Assembly: GCA_020184695.1 (NCBI GenBank)
Contig: JAANOX010000026.1
Coordinates: forward strand, 1-64,000
Direction: 5' to 3'
DNA: 64,000 nucleotides
From: Histomonas meleagridis 2922-C6/04-290x
Taxonomy: Eukaryota; Protista; Parabasalia
Made by a program: the position numbers and the translations under genes. Shown one piece after another: positions 10,586 through 21,617 of this stretch (positions within the stretch are counted from its first letter, which is position 1; each line of letters starts with the position of its first letter). The notes under the pieces were generated by a model, which saw only the letters and a program-made list of their open reading frames with translations, was not told the origin of the DNA and did no database searches.

Positions 10586-10809
10586 AAGTATAAATGAAAA
10601 ATTACCTCCCACGGGTTCCATACCAGTTGTGAAAAAGTGCTATTGAGGTGCCCCAAAAACATTATTGCCGATTAAAACTAATTCAAAGGAAATATATGTA
10701 AAAATATATTTATCTCAACAATAAATCGAAAAATCTAGTATTTTTTTTTAAAAATTTGTTATTAACAACATATATGCAATATATATATAAAGTTAAATAT
10801 ACAACTCCA

Positions 10810-11096
10810 CGAGAACTATTTTGCTTGACTGGCTCTGGTTATACAGAAATAGTTAAATTACTTCTTGAACAAGAGAATATTGATATCAATGCTAAAAATA
10901 TTTTTTTGTTTTATTTAAAATATTTTGAAAAAATATGAAATTTCATATAAACATTTGGAATTACTTATAAACATATAAAACAGCGCTTATGATAGCATCA
11001 GAAAAGAAAAATGCAGATATTATTCAGTTGTTTGTGAACAAAATTCAACATCATAAATGTGACGACATAATAAAATTAAAAGATTCTCAAGGATAA
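10810..11096 (+). other. Interrupted ankyrin locus: one module, 80-nt spacer, terminal half module
   Basis: ...GYTEIVKLLLEQENIDINAKN (to 10899), out-of-frame spacer 10900-10979 containing ATTTCATATAAACATTTGGAATT, then TALMIASEKKNADIIQLF... to a stop at 11096. Confidence 0.75.
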
Positions 11097-12018
11097 AAGA
11101 GGAAATATTTAAATATTGAAATAAACATTTCCTAAATTCACTTTGTTTTCATATGTTATTATTAATGCATTAAATTTGATTAATATTATTATTATATGAA
11201 TCAAAATTTGATAAATAGAATATTTTATATCATATTTCATTGTATGATTTTCATATTATTTGATGATAATTTTTATGAAAAAAAATGATGAAAAATTCAT
11301 AACAACAAAAAATTAATTAATATTCATAGTATTATTTACTCTTAAAGTTGAATGGATATCTATTGAGTACACCTTGTTACTCAGAAAAATGACCCCAAAG
11401 AAGGCGCACCAGTTTACAGTATTATTAAATGAATTAATGCAACATGATCGTAAAAATAAAGGAAGTGTTTATATTCCTACTATAGATTTTGCTTACGCCT
11501 TTAGTTCTTTTCACATCTTTATAGATCTACTAAACATACTTATTATCATTAAAATTACTTTTTGTTTGTTTTGATCGTTGGACTTCTGAATTGTAAAGAA
11601 AGTTGATATAATATAAGTATTAGGTTATATTCATCTCTCTAATTTTTATCAAATAATTAAATCAAAAATTAAAGTCTTATTTTCTTCAACAATATATTTG
11701 CGAAACCAAGTAAAATAATTTTAATTTCAATTTTGATTTTGATTGAACTTGAAAAATATATATTTTGAAAAAATTGATTTCGAAATTTCCATTTTGATCT
11801 GTATATTTTTTTCTCAATTTGAAAACAGATTTTTACTTAAGTGATAATAATGACTTAATAAAAATCATAAAATTCATCAGAATAGTTTATTTTCTCAGTT
11901 TGAGTGCATATAAAATTCATATAAAAAATATTTTCAAAAAAGAATTAATTCTTTTGATTGCTAATTAATTTGCAAGTTTTAAAACTTTAACAAAAAGCAA
12001 TAAATCCTATTTATTAAA

Positions 12019-12597
12019 TTATTCTTCATTCTCTGGTTTTGTTGGTATAAGTCTATACTCTGGTGGAACCTCATCTTCCGTGTACAATCTATCACTGAAA
12101 TAAATACGACGAATTCGACAGTTAGCAAAAACGCTTACTCTTAATGTTTCCAAGTAGTTTGTGCCATATGCGCGTCGTGTAAAGTCAGAGAGATTAAACT
12201 GGATCTGATTCCAACCGGGATCAAGCCTCATCGGAAGTGTACATACAAATGGTTTAACGCGGGTTTTGGACTGATAATTTGAAGCTCGAAACCTTCTTCT
12301 CATGTTCATATCGTCTAATACTTGTATTTCAAATGTGAAATATTTTTTTAAATATTTCAGTACAAGAACAAGGAATGGTAATTTAATCCCTAACTCCTCT
12401 TTCGCGCCTTTCGGGCATGTAACGTATGTGTTATTTACATTTGTACTAACAATTTCAATAACACAGCTTCGAATATCTTGATCTGTGATTCGTTTGATAT
12501 AACCATTTTCTACATGCTGATTCCAAATGCTTAATGGCTTTGATCCAACAGAATAGAAAAGATTTAAAAAGCCTGCTTGGTATCTGTCCCGAAACAT
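12019..12597 (-). CDS. CFAP20: Cilia- and flagella-associated protein 20 (BUG22/C16orf80)
   Basis: [62 protein letters not shown] and [15 protein letters not shown] are near-invariant CFAP20 motifs. Confidence 0.97.
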   Translation of the reverse strand: MFRDRYQAGFLNLFYSVGSKPLSIWNQHVENGYIKRITDQDIRSCVIEIVSTNVNNTYVTCPKGAKEELGIKLPFLVLVLKYLKKYFTFEIQVLDDMNMRRRFRASNYQSKTRVKPFVCTLPMRLDPGWNQIQFNLSDFTRRAYGTNYLETLRVSVFANCRIRRIYFSDRLYTEDEVPPEYRLIPTKPENEE

Positions 12598-12695
12598 TTG
12601 TTTCAGCAGAAATAAAAACGTTTAAATTTAAACGTTCATAATGCCAGAAAACGTTTATTTTAAAATAAGCCGTTTAAATAAATGTTCATTCCAAA

Positions 12696-13079
12696 ATGAA
12701 GCCAATCAAGCTTAAACCAGCGATCAAGAAACCAAAAACTGGGGAAGCAATGGCCAATTACCTGTTAAATCTAAACACAAATAACTTGCAATATTTAAAT
12801 AAAATACAAAAACAACAAAAACCGGATCCTGCTCCACTTGAAGAACTTCTCCATGAAATGGAAAACGATGAATTTATCTATGAAGAAGAAAGATCAGATG
12901 ATGATTTTTATAAGAAAAGAGGTGATGCATATGATAATGAAATGAATGATATCATTATTGATTATTCTGATCCATATAATACCTCAAGTGAAAGTGACTC
13001 AAATAATGAAATTGATGGAACATATCCTAATGATGATTCTTCTATTAATGAATCAGAAACATCATATGATTCTTTTTAA
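12696..13079 (+). CDS. Small acidic hypothetical protein (weak Iwr1-like DSNxE...YPxD tail)
   Basis: 127-aa ATG ORF, head-to-head with CFAP20. The Iwr1 resemblance is a short motif only. Confidence 0.6.
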   Translation: MKPIKLKPAIKKPKTGEAMANYLLNLNTNNLQYLNKIQKQQKPDPAPLEELLHEMENDEFIYEEERSDDDFYKKRGDAYDNEMNDIIIDYSDPYNTSSESDSNNEIDGTYPNDDSSINESETSYDSF

Positions 13080-13480
13080 ATTTAGAGACCCATGACATAT
13101 ATCTAACTAACAAACTGTATGAATAAAAATCAAATTTTCCAATATTTTTCAGGCATTATATATCCAAACCAGAATCATTTTTTTATGTTTCATCTCAAAA
13201 ACCCTTTTATTCAAAACGAATTCTAGTGTTTTTTATCTTGGGCAGATATCTGCTATTTTTTATATGTAAACATTGGAAAATATGCTCAAACTCCTTGAAA
13301 CACTAAATATGTTCAAAATACGACAATTTGCATCTGATCTGATATATTTTTCACTAATTTATTTGAATAAAAATAAGGGTTTCAACAACAAGTATACGGC
13401 AATTTTATTACATTATTATGTTTAATGTATTGATGTAAATTTATATGTATATCATTATTATATATAACATCATATATATA

Positions 13481-14676
13481 GGGGGGACGGAAATGTTTTA
13501 TCCTAAATATAATAGAATCGAAATAAAAGATTTTAATGTTCTTTATCACCCATTGACATCTTTCAATCCATTCTTCAAAAACTTATGCTAAAGTATCCTT
13601 TGAAATTTCACACAAAAATGATTTTTTTAAAAACCAAATAAAAAGAAATCTGAAGGAGCAAGATCTGGTGAATATGGTGGCTGTGGAGTTATTTTAAAAC
13701 CATTATCAATTAAAAATTTAGTTGAAGCATTAGAGGTATGGGGAGATGCATTATCGAAATGTAGAACATATGGGTTTTCATTGGGCTTTTTTCTTTGTGG
13801 GTATACAATTTGCATCAAGGGTATAAGTATATCATTAATAAAATACTTTGAGTTAAATTTTTCACCATCTTTCATAATATCAACTAAATAATTGATCGAT
13901 ATTCCAAAAGATAGTTACCATATATTTTATCGTGTCAATTTTTGTATCGATAATTTCAGGTAAATTAATTTATCTATTGATTGTGACCACATATGCTTGT
14001 GATCATATGATAAGAAAAACCATGATTCATCCCCAGTTATGATTCTATAAAAACCTTTTCTCTTACTAACTTTTAAGATATCAAGATACTCAGTTGCTTA
14101 TCGCACTCTTTCTCCTTTTATTACACATGTCAGTTCATATGGAACCACTCTTAAATTATAATAATGGAAGCCTAATTTATTGAGGTGATTATTTATGGTG
14201 GATCGTGATATAGATAAGGCTTCACAAAATGTATATGTCGAATGAAATGGTTCCATTTCGAGTGCAGCCAAAATTCTTGAATCAATGAAATCAAGTACTG
14301 GTCTTCCTGGACTTTGAATGTTTGTTATTTCAGATCTTCCTAAATTAAATTGATGCACCCAATATTTTATGGAATAAAATCGAGTGCATCTTGGTGATAA
14401 GCATCATCTAACTCTTGTTTAATTTGGCTGAGTTTAAAGCCTTTTCTCTTCAGGAAAAATATAACTGCTCTTTGTTCGACTTCCATAAAAATGAAAAATG
14501 TTTAAAAAGAATGACAATATGAGAGTTTATTTTTGACATTTTCTTGATATATAAAATATTTCTGATCTCAAAAATTATATCATTATTATTACAGTCTTCT
14601 GTATTTTTATATATATAATTTTCATTAAAAAAAAAATAAAAGGATCATATTTAGGATAAAACATTTCCGTCCCCCC
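13481..14676 (-). mobile_element. Complete non-autonomous mariner (DD34D) transposon, 1196 bp
   Basis: Perfect 30-bp TIRs GGGGGGACGGAAATGTTTTATCCTAAATAT (13481-13510; reverse complement at 14647-14676), with TA flanks on both sides. Confidence 0.95.
13530..14486 (-). pseudogene. Decayed mariner transposase
   Basis: Starts MEVEQRAVIFFL at 14486. Fragments 14098-14358 and 13627-13875 carry HFDNASPH and YSPDLAPSDF, with 34 residues between the catalytic Asps. Several stops and frameshifts; the 3' end is approximate. Confidence 0.9.
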
Positions 14677-16179
14677 TATAAAATATTTATGTATAACAAC
14701 ATTTAATTTATATTATTTTCCAAAATAAAATGAATTATATCGTAATTTTTTTTTCTTTTTCATTCTCTGATAAGAGGGATGTTATGAATTTTTTGTACAT
14801 TAATTTGCAACATGGGTCGAAAATGTTGAACAATTTCAACCGTTAGATAATTTTTTTATTGATATATATACAAAATTGTCAATAAAAAATTAAGTTAGTC
14901 ATAAACAATAATAACTTTTCATATATATTATTTTCGAATCTTTATAATTTTTTAATAAAAAAATATCTGGCATGGGAAAAAGTGCATCGTTTGGAAATAG
15001 GGGGCTAAAACAAAAATTGATATAAACACTCAAACATAATAAAAATCATCAAAATTACTAAAGACATTATAACAATTTAGCATCGATTGTCATTAAACAT
15101 AAAAAAATAATTATAAATATAATCACAAAGAAAAATGGAAGTGACCCACAAGAAAAAAATTGTTTGCTACAATATGACTAAAATCACACTTGAATTTTTT
15201 TATATTAATCGCCTTGGCTTCATTGATTTCTGATATTTTAACTTGATTTAAAGGTATTTCTACCTTGTTTATTAATAATTTATCATGTTGCAACATTCAT
15301 TTTATAGAAAACGAAATAATACAATTTCAATCAAAAAAAAGTTACACGCAAAAACTATTGACTTTTTATCTTGCTACGAATCTCTAGAAACCATATTAAG
15401 TAGTTTCATGTTGGAAATGTTTAATAAAAATGTAAAAATGAAATTGTTTAAATTCAATTTTTTCATTTTCATATGTTAAATGATATATTTTATTTACTCT
15501 ATTTTAAAAAGCTGATTCCATTTTCTTTGTTAGGATGTGATACATAGTTTGATTTCCATTCTTCGATAAATGTCATATCTGTAAGCCTTTATAGTAATGC
15601 GTTTCCAACACCACACTTGTTTTCGGGAATTAGTTCATAATTCCATTGGGGAAACTCAATACGGTACTGAAAACTTTTTGATCAATTGATCCATCAGCAC
15701 GTTGGAAAATCAGCTTGGCTTCATCACATGTGATAACGAAATAGATGGACTATTGGTTAATAAATTGATTTGAGAAACTAATAAAATACATATCAATTTT
15801 TTGTAAATAAAAGGAAATATCAGGTGGGTAACGTTTTGATATGTGTGTGAACTTGTTCGCTGTAAATTCGCCAATTAACATTTTTTTTTTTTTGGGAATT
15901 TTGTAAAAAATCCAAAATATCTCCATTTGCTTCACTCATATGTGTATTGTAGTATGCCAATGTACAAACAGTGATTGGAAACATCAGCTAAAATAAATTC
16001 TGAGAATTAGGTGATGAGTTTAAACGTTCTTTTCATTTCACAAGCCTCGCAAGTCGCTAACCGTATTTATCAAATTTTTCTGTTAATTTAGCAGTTGCGA
16101 TAGTTTTTTCTTTTTTCATTCCTTAGAAAAATTAAAAAGATAAACTATGCAAAAAGTTTTATAAAGTTTTTCCTTTCAG

Positions 16180-16668
16180 ATGGACGACAAAAAAGCAGTG
16201 CTCTTCGTTTGCCTTGGAAACATATGTCGTTCACCAACATGTGAAGGAATTTGCCGAAGTTACGTTGGAAAATCGCTCCATGTTGAAAGTGCAGCGACAT
16301 CATCTTGGCACAGATATGAATGTCCTGATGAAAGATCTCAAGAAGTTTGTCTGAAGCATGGAATAGACATTGGCAATCATCGTTCAAGAGTAATAAGAAA
16401 TGATGATTGGTCTAGATTTAATGTTATTGCAGCTTTAGATAGCAACGTTTTACAGACACTTGAGGCCATGAAACCACAAGAATCTAAGGCGAAATTGGTT
16501 TTGTTTAATGATCCAGAAGGAATTGCAGATCCATACTATGGTGGAAGAAGAGGATTTCAAAAAATGTATAATCAAATTTCTGAAATTATGAAGCAATTCC
16601 TACTTCAAAATGACCTAGTTTCTCCGGGATTTTTTGACAATGCTTCGTCACAAGTTCAGAGTGAATAA
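16180..16668 (+). CDS. Low-molecular-weight protein tyrosine phosphatase
   Basis: VLFVCLGNICRSP P-loop, IADPYYGG general-acid motif, 162 aa. Confidence 0.95.
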   Translation: MDDKKAVLFVCLGNICRSPTCEGICRSYVGKSLHVESAATSSWHRYECPDERSQEVCLKHGIDIGNHRSRVIRNDDWSRFNVIAALDSNVLQTLEAMKPQESKAKLVLFNDPEGIADPYYGGRRGFQKMYNQISEIMKQFLLQNDLVSPGFFDNASSQVQSE

Positions 16669-16941
16669 ATTTCATAGCTATTTCTTAACAACGAAATTTA
16701 ATTTCATGTTGCAATTCATTGGTGTAGATGCGTATTGAGTTAACAATAAAAGAAATTTTTCGAAAATAATATCAATTGATATTACCTAAAAATTTAGTAA
16801 ATTTAGATTTATTAGAGAAAATAAATGTCTTTCCATTTGGAAAACTCTGCACTGTTGATTAAAATATTTGGAATCGCAAAGTTTTTGATTTGTGATTTTA
16901 ACGACAAAATAACAAAAAAGTGACGCGACCAAACAAATAAA

Positions 16942-17868
16942 ATGAACCAAAAACTCAAATTAATTATAGCTATTGGTATTCTTTATGCTGGTTTTCTCTT
17001 GAATTCCATACTCTTTGAAGGTCTGATGCCAAAGAAATCCAAAACTTCAAATAATGAAACATTTAATTATCCAAATGCTTTATTATTCACACTTAATGCA
17101 TGTAACTGTATTGCTGCTTTTATTGCTCTCCTTGTTACAAAATCACCTATTCCAAAGAAGCCACTTCCATATTTAGCAATCACAATTCCACAACAAATTG
17201 GTATGATGGCCACAAGCTTTGCAGTCAAATATATTGACTACCCAACTCTTTCTCTTATGAAATCAGCCAAACCTGTTTCTGTTATGCTTTGTCAATTATT
17301 AATATTCCGCAAAAAGATTGAATTAAAACGAGTTCTTGTTGTCATAATTCTATGTACAGGCCTTGCTATCTTTGGCATCAATGGTAATTTTGGTAAATCA
17401 TCTGAGCTTGGCATTATATTAGCATGTGTCGGATTATTTTGCGATGCTATCTATGTTCCATTGGTTGATAAGATCAAAGTGGGTAATAGTCCGTTTGTTA
17501 CGATGCTTTATTCTTACATGTGGAGTTTACTTATAATTTTGCCACTTCGATTTAATGAGCTCAAAAGTGCTGTAATTTTCTTGGCGGAACACAAAGCGTT
17601 GATAAAAAATGTTTTAGCGTATGGTATTTCTGGCTCCTTGGCACACATTGCATTGTTCACAGCAATTGGATTGACAGATGGATTAATCATTTCGATTGCA
17701 ACGACAACAAGAAAATTCTTCACAATTTTGTTGTCAGCGGTAATATATCACCATGAGCTAAATAGAATGCAATGGCTCGGTGTCGGTATTGTATTCGTAG
17801 CACTCGGAATTGAAATTGTGTTCAAGCAGAAGAAGAAGCCACAACAAGAACGACCAAAATCTGTTTGA
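16942..17868 (+). CDS. UAA-family nucleotide-sugar transporter (SLC35B/HUT1-like)
   Basis: About 10 hydrophobic segments; IDYPTLSLMKSAKPVSVM and IATTTRKFFTILLS motifs. Confidence 0.88.
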   Translation: MNQKLKLIIAIGILYAGFLLNSILFEGLMPKKSKTSNNETFNYPNALLFTLNACNCIAAFIALLVTKSPIPKKPLPYLAITIPQQIGMMATSFAVKYIDYPTLSLMKSAKPVSVMLCQLLIFRKKIELKRVLVVIILCTGLAIFGINGNFGKSSELGIILACVGLFCDAIYVPLVDKIKVGNSPFVTMLYSYMWSLLIILPLRFNELKSAVIFLAEHKALIKNVLAYGISGSLAHIALFTAIGLTDGLIISIATTTRKFFTILLSAVIYHHELNRMQWLGVGIVFVALGIEIVFKQKKKPQQERPKSV

Positions 17869-18465
17869 TAAAAATTGTTTTCCAAATTGTTTTTGGATTA
17901 ATTTTTTTTTTTTAAACCAAATTTTTAATCAATATAAATTCAATTTCTTCGTATTTCATATTATGCCCTTAAATTCATTTAATTTATAATTATAATTTTC
18001 TCCATTATGATGAAATCTATGTTTTTGCTGTGTGTTTGATTGAGTTTCGGTATTTGATTGATATGATACGGGTATTAGGGTTTGAGAGTTTTTTGTGATG
18101 ATATCAATGTACATACATATGTAAGAGATTCAATAACTATTTGAAATAGTATGATATTTTGTAATAATTTTCAATGTGTATTACCCACCAAGTGCTTTTG
18201 CTTTATTCTTTGTCCAGAAGCCAGAGAGAATGAAACAGATGAACTTGCTTTCACAATATTTTTATTCATGTGAATTTTATTTTGTGTATAAGGATACATA
18301 TTTATAGTCATTTGCTTTACTTTGTGAAAAAAATTTCTGCTCGAAATGAGGTTTAGTCATGATGCTATTTAGCTGGTTCAAAAATAAATAATAGATCCGA
18401 ATTTTAAAAACAATTAATTACAAAAGATTTTAAAAGACGATACGCTTTAACTGTGAATTTTTTGT

Positions 18466-19566
18466 ATGTTTCTGTTAAATACTCATTTGAGTTTTTTTCT
18501 TTTTCTTTGCATTTGGTGGGATTACAAAGACAAAGATTTTCCTAAATACGCTAAAAATAGTTTCAACTTGCCAATTTTTACGCTTTGTTATTCCCCTTTT
18601 TGTCCTCATTGCATTGGTTTGCCCGAAGAATTAGAAAAATATAGTAAAGGTTATGGCAATAGAACAGACGTTATTCTCACAAAAATTGACTGTTACAATG
18701 TTCCAGGTTGTTATCGCTATGGATTAAAAGGAACACCGCATATTGCAATGGTTATCGGAGAAAAAAAGCGATATTGGCCTGTAACAAATGAGAGGGGGAA
18801 AGAGGGATGGCACGATTTCATTAATAAGCAATTAGGAGTAGGATTAAGAAAAATATTTAACTATTCAGAATTAGAGGCAGCTAAACGTGAACCAAAAGCT
18901 GGTGGTACAACATTTTACTTGGAAGCTCCAAATCAAGAGCATCCATTTGTTCAAAGTCTTAAGAAGTTATCAAGAACATACAAAATTTATAATGATACTT
19001 TTGTTTTCAAAGTTATCCCGAGTTTGAGTTCACCAAAGCTTTACGCGTTTTATAGTGAATTCTGTAATATAACATTTCGTGGAGAAGTCGAAGATATTCA
19101 AAACTTTGTTGAAGAAAATAAATTTGGACAGTTTCATCAATACGACAAGGATGAGTATGATCGATACAAGAAAAATCATCTTGTTCTTTTGTTTTCTAGC
19201 ACGCCACCAACAAAAACACAACTTGAGTCAATTCGAACGTTAACGAATAACCGCTGCGCCTTTCAATTTAAATTGGGGTGGGTTAATGCCAACGACGATC
19301 AAAAACTTCTCAAAATCACCGGAGCAAAAGCATCAGATCTTCCTTTTATTTTTATTAGTGATACGCATAGTATTTACAAGGGAAAGATTTCTAATTTTTG
19401 GAATTTCATGAAAAATTCATTTGGAGAAAATAATATGAAAACAAATTACATACCAAAAGATGAATTAATGATGAAATTGATCATGTTTTCATCAGTTGTA
19501 ATGTTTGTTTTCTTTAGCATAAGAAATGATGGGAATAAAAACAAAGAAAACGCTTTAAAAATTTAA
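18466..19566 (+). CDS. Secretory-pathway thioredoxin-fold protein with CPHC motif and C-terminal TM segment
   Basis: Hydrophobic N-terminus, YSPFCPHC, KIDC...C, and a C-terminal hydrophobic stretch LIMFSSVVMFVFFSI. Confidence 0.75.
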   Translation: MFLLNTHLSFFLFLCIWWDYKDKDFPKYAKNSFNLPIFTLCYSPFCPHCIGLPEELEKYSKGYGNRTDVILTKIDCYNVPGCYRYGLKGTPHIAMVIGEKKRYWPVTNERGKEGWHDFINKQLGVGLRKIFNYSELEAAKREPKAGGTTFYLEAPNQEHPFVQSLKKLSRTYKIYNDTFVFKVIPSLSSPKLYAFYSEFCNITFRGEVEDIQNFVEENKFGQFHQYDKDEYDRYKKNHLVLLFSSTPPTKTQLESIRTLTNNRCAFQFKLGWVNANDDQKLLKITGAKASDLPFIFISDTHSIYKGKISNFWNFMKNSFGENNMKTNYIPKDELMMKLIMFSSVVMFVFFSIRNDGNKNKENALKI

Positions 19567-20163
19567 AACTTTCAAAAAAGTGGCGAAATGGAATTCAATG
19601 TGGAATAAAGTATTGAAAATAACTTTTTGATTGCTTTGATTTGTCTTTGCTGGAAAACACATTTCTGTCTCCCAATTATTTGGCAATCAAACAATCATAA
19701 AAATAAAAAATGTAATCATAGAATTAAATTACGGAATTTTTGAGATTCTAAAGTTGTTGAAAATAATTTCTTAAACTTAATACCAAATTCCATCTTTGTT
19801 ACATACGCTACTGCTCATGAGTATTCTGGTTATTGAAATAAGTCCTTATAGTAAAATTGTTTGATAAACATTTAATACCAAATTTAAATATTTATACAAT
19901 TTTTTCAAGTTAATTTTTTGATTTTTCTATCTAATGCATTTGCGTGAGGTTACAAATGTTGAACTAACTATCGAAATATAGCTGAATCTTTAGAAAGTTT
20001 TTGAATACGTTGAATCTTTAAAAAGTTTTTGAATGGACATAGCATAAATACTTGCATTGCTTGTAAAATGTTTTTAAACTTACTATCATAGATATATTAG
20101 CTACTTTGATATTTTTTATTTGTTTTGAAATTATTTTTTTTAAACGGTTTCTATCTGAAGAAC

Positions 20164-20607
20164 ATGTCTTCTTTTACAGTTGTTGAGCAAAACTTTTGCA
20201 AAGACCTGATAAAGAAACTAATCAATTCTCCTATATGCAAAGAGTTTGTTCATCCTGTAGATCGTAGAGAAAGTTATGCAGACGATTATTACAAAATTAT
20301 CACGCATCCAATGGATTTGACAACTATCCTTAATAGATTAGAGAACTCCAAATATACTTCAATTTCTGAAATGAAAAGTGATTTGAATCAAATATGGCTA
20401 AATGCAATGAAGTTTAACCGAAAACCTTCACTCCTTTATTTTGTCGCAGACTATCTTCAAAAAAAATGTGATAAAAAGCTGGCTAAAGTTCCACAAACAG
20501 AAACCGAGTTATATTTCTTCAGACTCCAAAAGCTACATCAGCGAATGTCGGATTTATTAAAACTTGAGTTACCACCATACAGTTATACAGCTAAAAAGCG
20601 AACATAA
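20164..20607 (+). CDS. Single-bromodomain protein
   Basis: FVHPVD...YYKIITHPMDLTTI...Y...IWLNAMKFN. The ATG at 20164 is preferred over the TTG at 20125. Confidence 0.9.
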   Translation: MSSFTVVEQNFCKDLIKKLINSPICKEFVHPVDRRESYADDYYKIITHPMDLTTILNRLENSKYTSISEMKSDLNQIWLNAMKFNRKPSLLYFVADYLQKKCDKKLAKVPQTETELYFFRLQKLHQRMSDLLKLELPPYSYTAKKRT

Positions 20608-20892
20608 AATGTATGTTCATGATATCAATGTACTAATAAAATAAAAATTTTATATTTAAATATCTATTTTTGAAAAGATTTGCTCTGGAATTATTTGACA
20701 TCAAAAAGATTTTCAAAAAGTTCTTCTTCTAAAAAAAATGGTAATTACCCGAAGAAAATGGATGAATTCATTTGGAAATATATAAATCTTTTTTTTTTTT
20801 AAAATTGCTGTACATAGATAAAATTATTTATCCGAAATTCATTTCGTTTGTTGACTAAAGTTAAACAGAAATAAAAAATTTATTTATCATTT

Positions 20893-21438
20893 CTAAACTT
20901 CATCATAATTAATTTCTTTTTCAACATTAATTTTCATCAGCACAAAGGAATCTGTCGCATTACCAAATGTAATGGTATCTCTATGCTGAAGCTGTACAAA
21001 GCACATTGATGGAATTTTCTCATTTTGGATGAAAGTTCCTGTTTTGGATGATATATCAAAAATATATGGAATTACTTCTGATTTTAATTCATCTGAAAGC
21101 CTTACATTACGAAATTGAATCACGCAATGTTGACGACTTATTTTTTTATCTATTAATTTAATATCGCAAAAATCTTCGCGCCCAATTAATGTTGTAGGTG
21201 TATCCAGTATAAAAACTTCTTCCCTATTAAATCTCGAGTTAAATACGTAAAGTCTCCAAGAGCCATCTGGAGCAACGGAATCATACGGGATAAAAAATTT
21301 TGTCAACTTTTTCTTCCGAATTAACTGTTGATCATTATAAAGAGATTGGATTGCCCAATTTGGTTGTTCTTTAGGTGGCTTCAGATTTTTCTGTGCTGGT
21401 GTGCGCGAAACTCTATTCGTTTGGTAATATTCAAACAA
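20893..21438 (-). CDS. FHA-domain protein, SNIP1/Pml1-like
   Basis: WRLYVF, LIGRE, ISRQHCVIQFR, PYIFDISSKTGTFI, GDT-like RDTITFG. There is no in-frame ATG at the 5' end (see findings). Confidence 0.8.
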   Translation of the reverse strand: MFEYYQTNRVSRTPAQKNLKPPKEQPNWAIQSLYNDQQLIRKKKLTKFFIPYDSVAPDGSWRLYVFNSRFNREEVFILDTPTTLIGREDFCDIKLIDKKISRQHCVIQFRNVRLSDELKSEVIPYIFDISSKTGTFIQNEKIPSMCFVQLQHRDTITFGNATDSFVLMKINVEKEINYDEV

Positions 21439-21617
21439 ACATAGTCAAATGAAATAGGGGTGGTCCAAATTTGATGATTTGATCTTGAACTTTAGGCAAA
21501 AAATCATTTTATTTATCTTATTGGTAGTTGTTACATTAAAAAAAATTAAACATTACAATTATGTAAACTTTATTTTTATTTACAAGATTTGTTACATACA
21601 TTTTTTTAAAACATTTT

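Noticed and set aside
10394-10662. Two overlapping minus-strand ORFs with internal repeats
   Set aside because: Translations of a noncoding tandem repeat; no protein-like features.
15480-15960. Minus-strand protein-like fragments (FQYRIEFPQWNYELIPENKCGVGN...)
   Set aside because: Probably a decayed gene or transposon relic, but interrupted by stops and without a motif I can assign.
18000-18180. Possible box C/D snoRNAs or a telomerase template (TGATGA boxes; a single TTAGGGTT)
   Set aside because: No matching terminal CTGA box or terminal stem found, and one telomere-like 8-mer is expected by chance.
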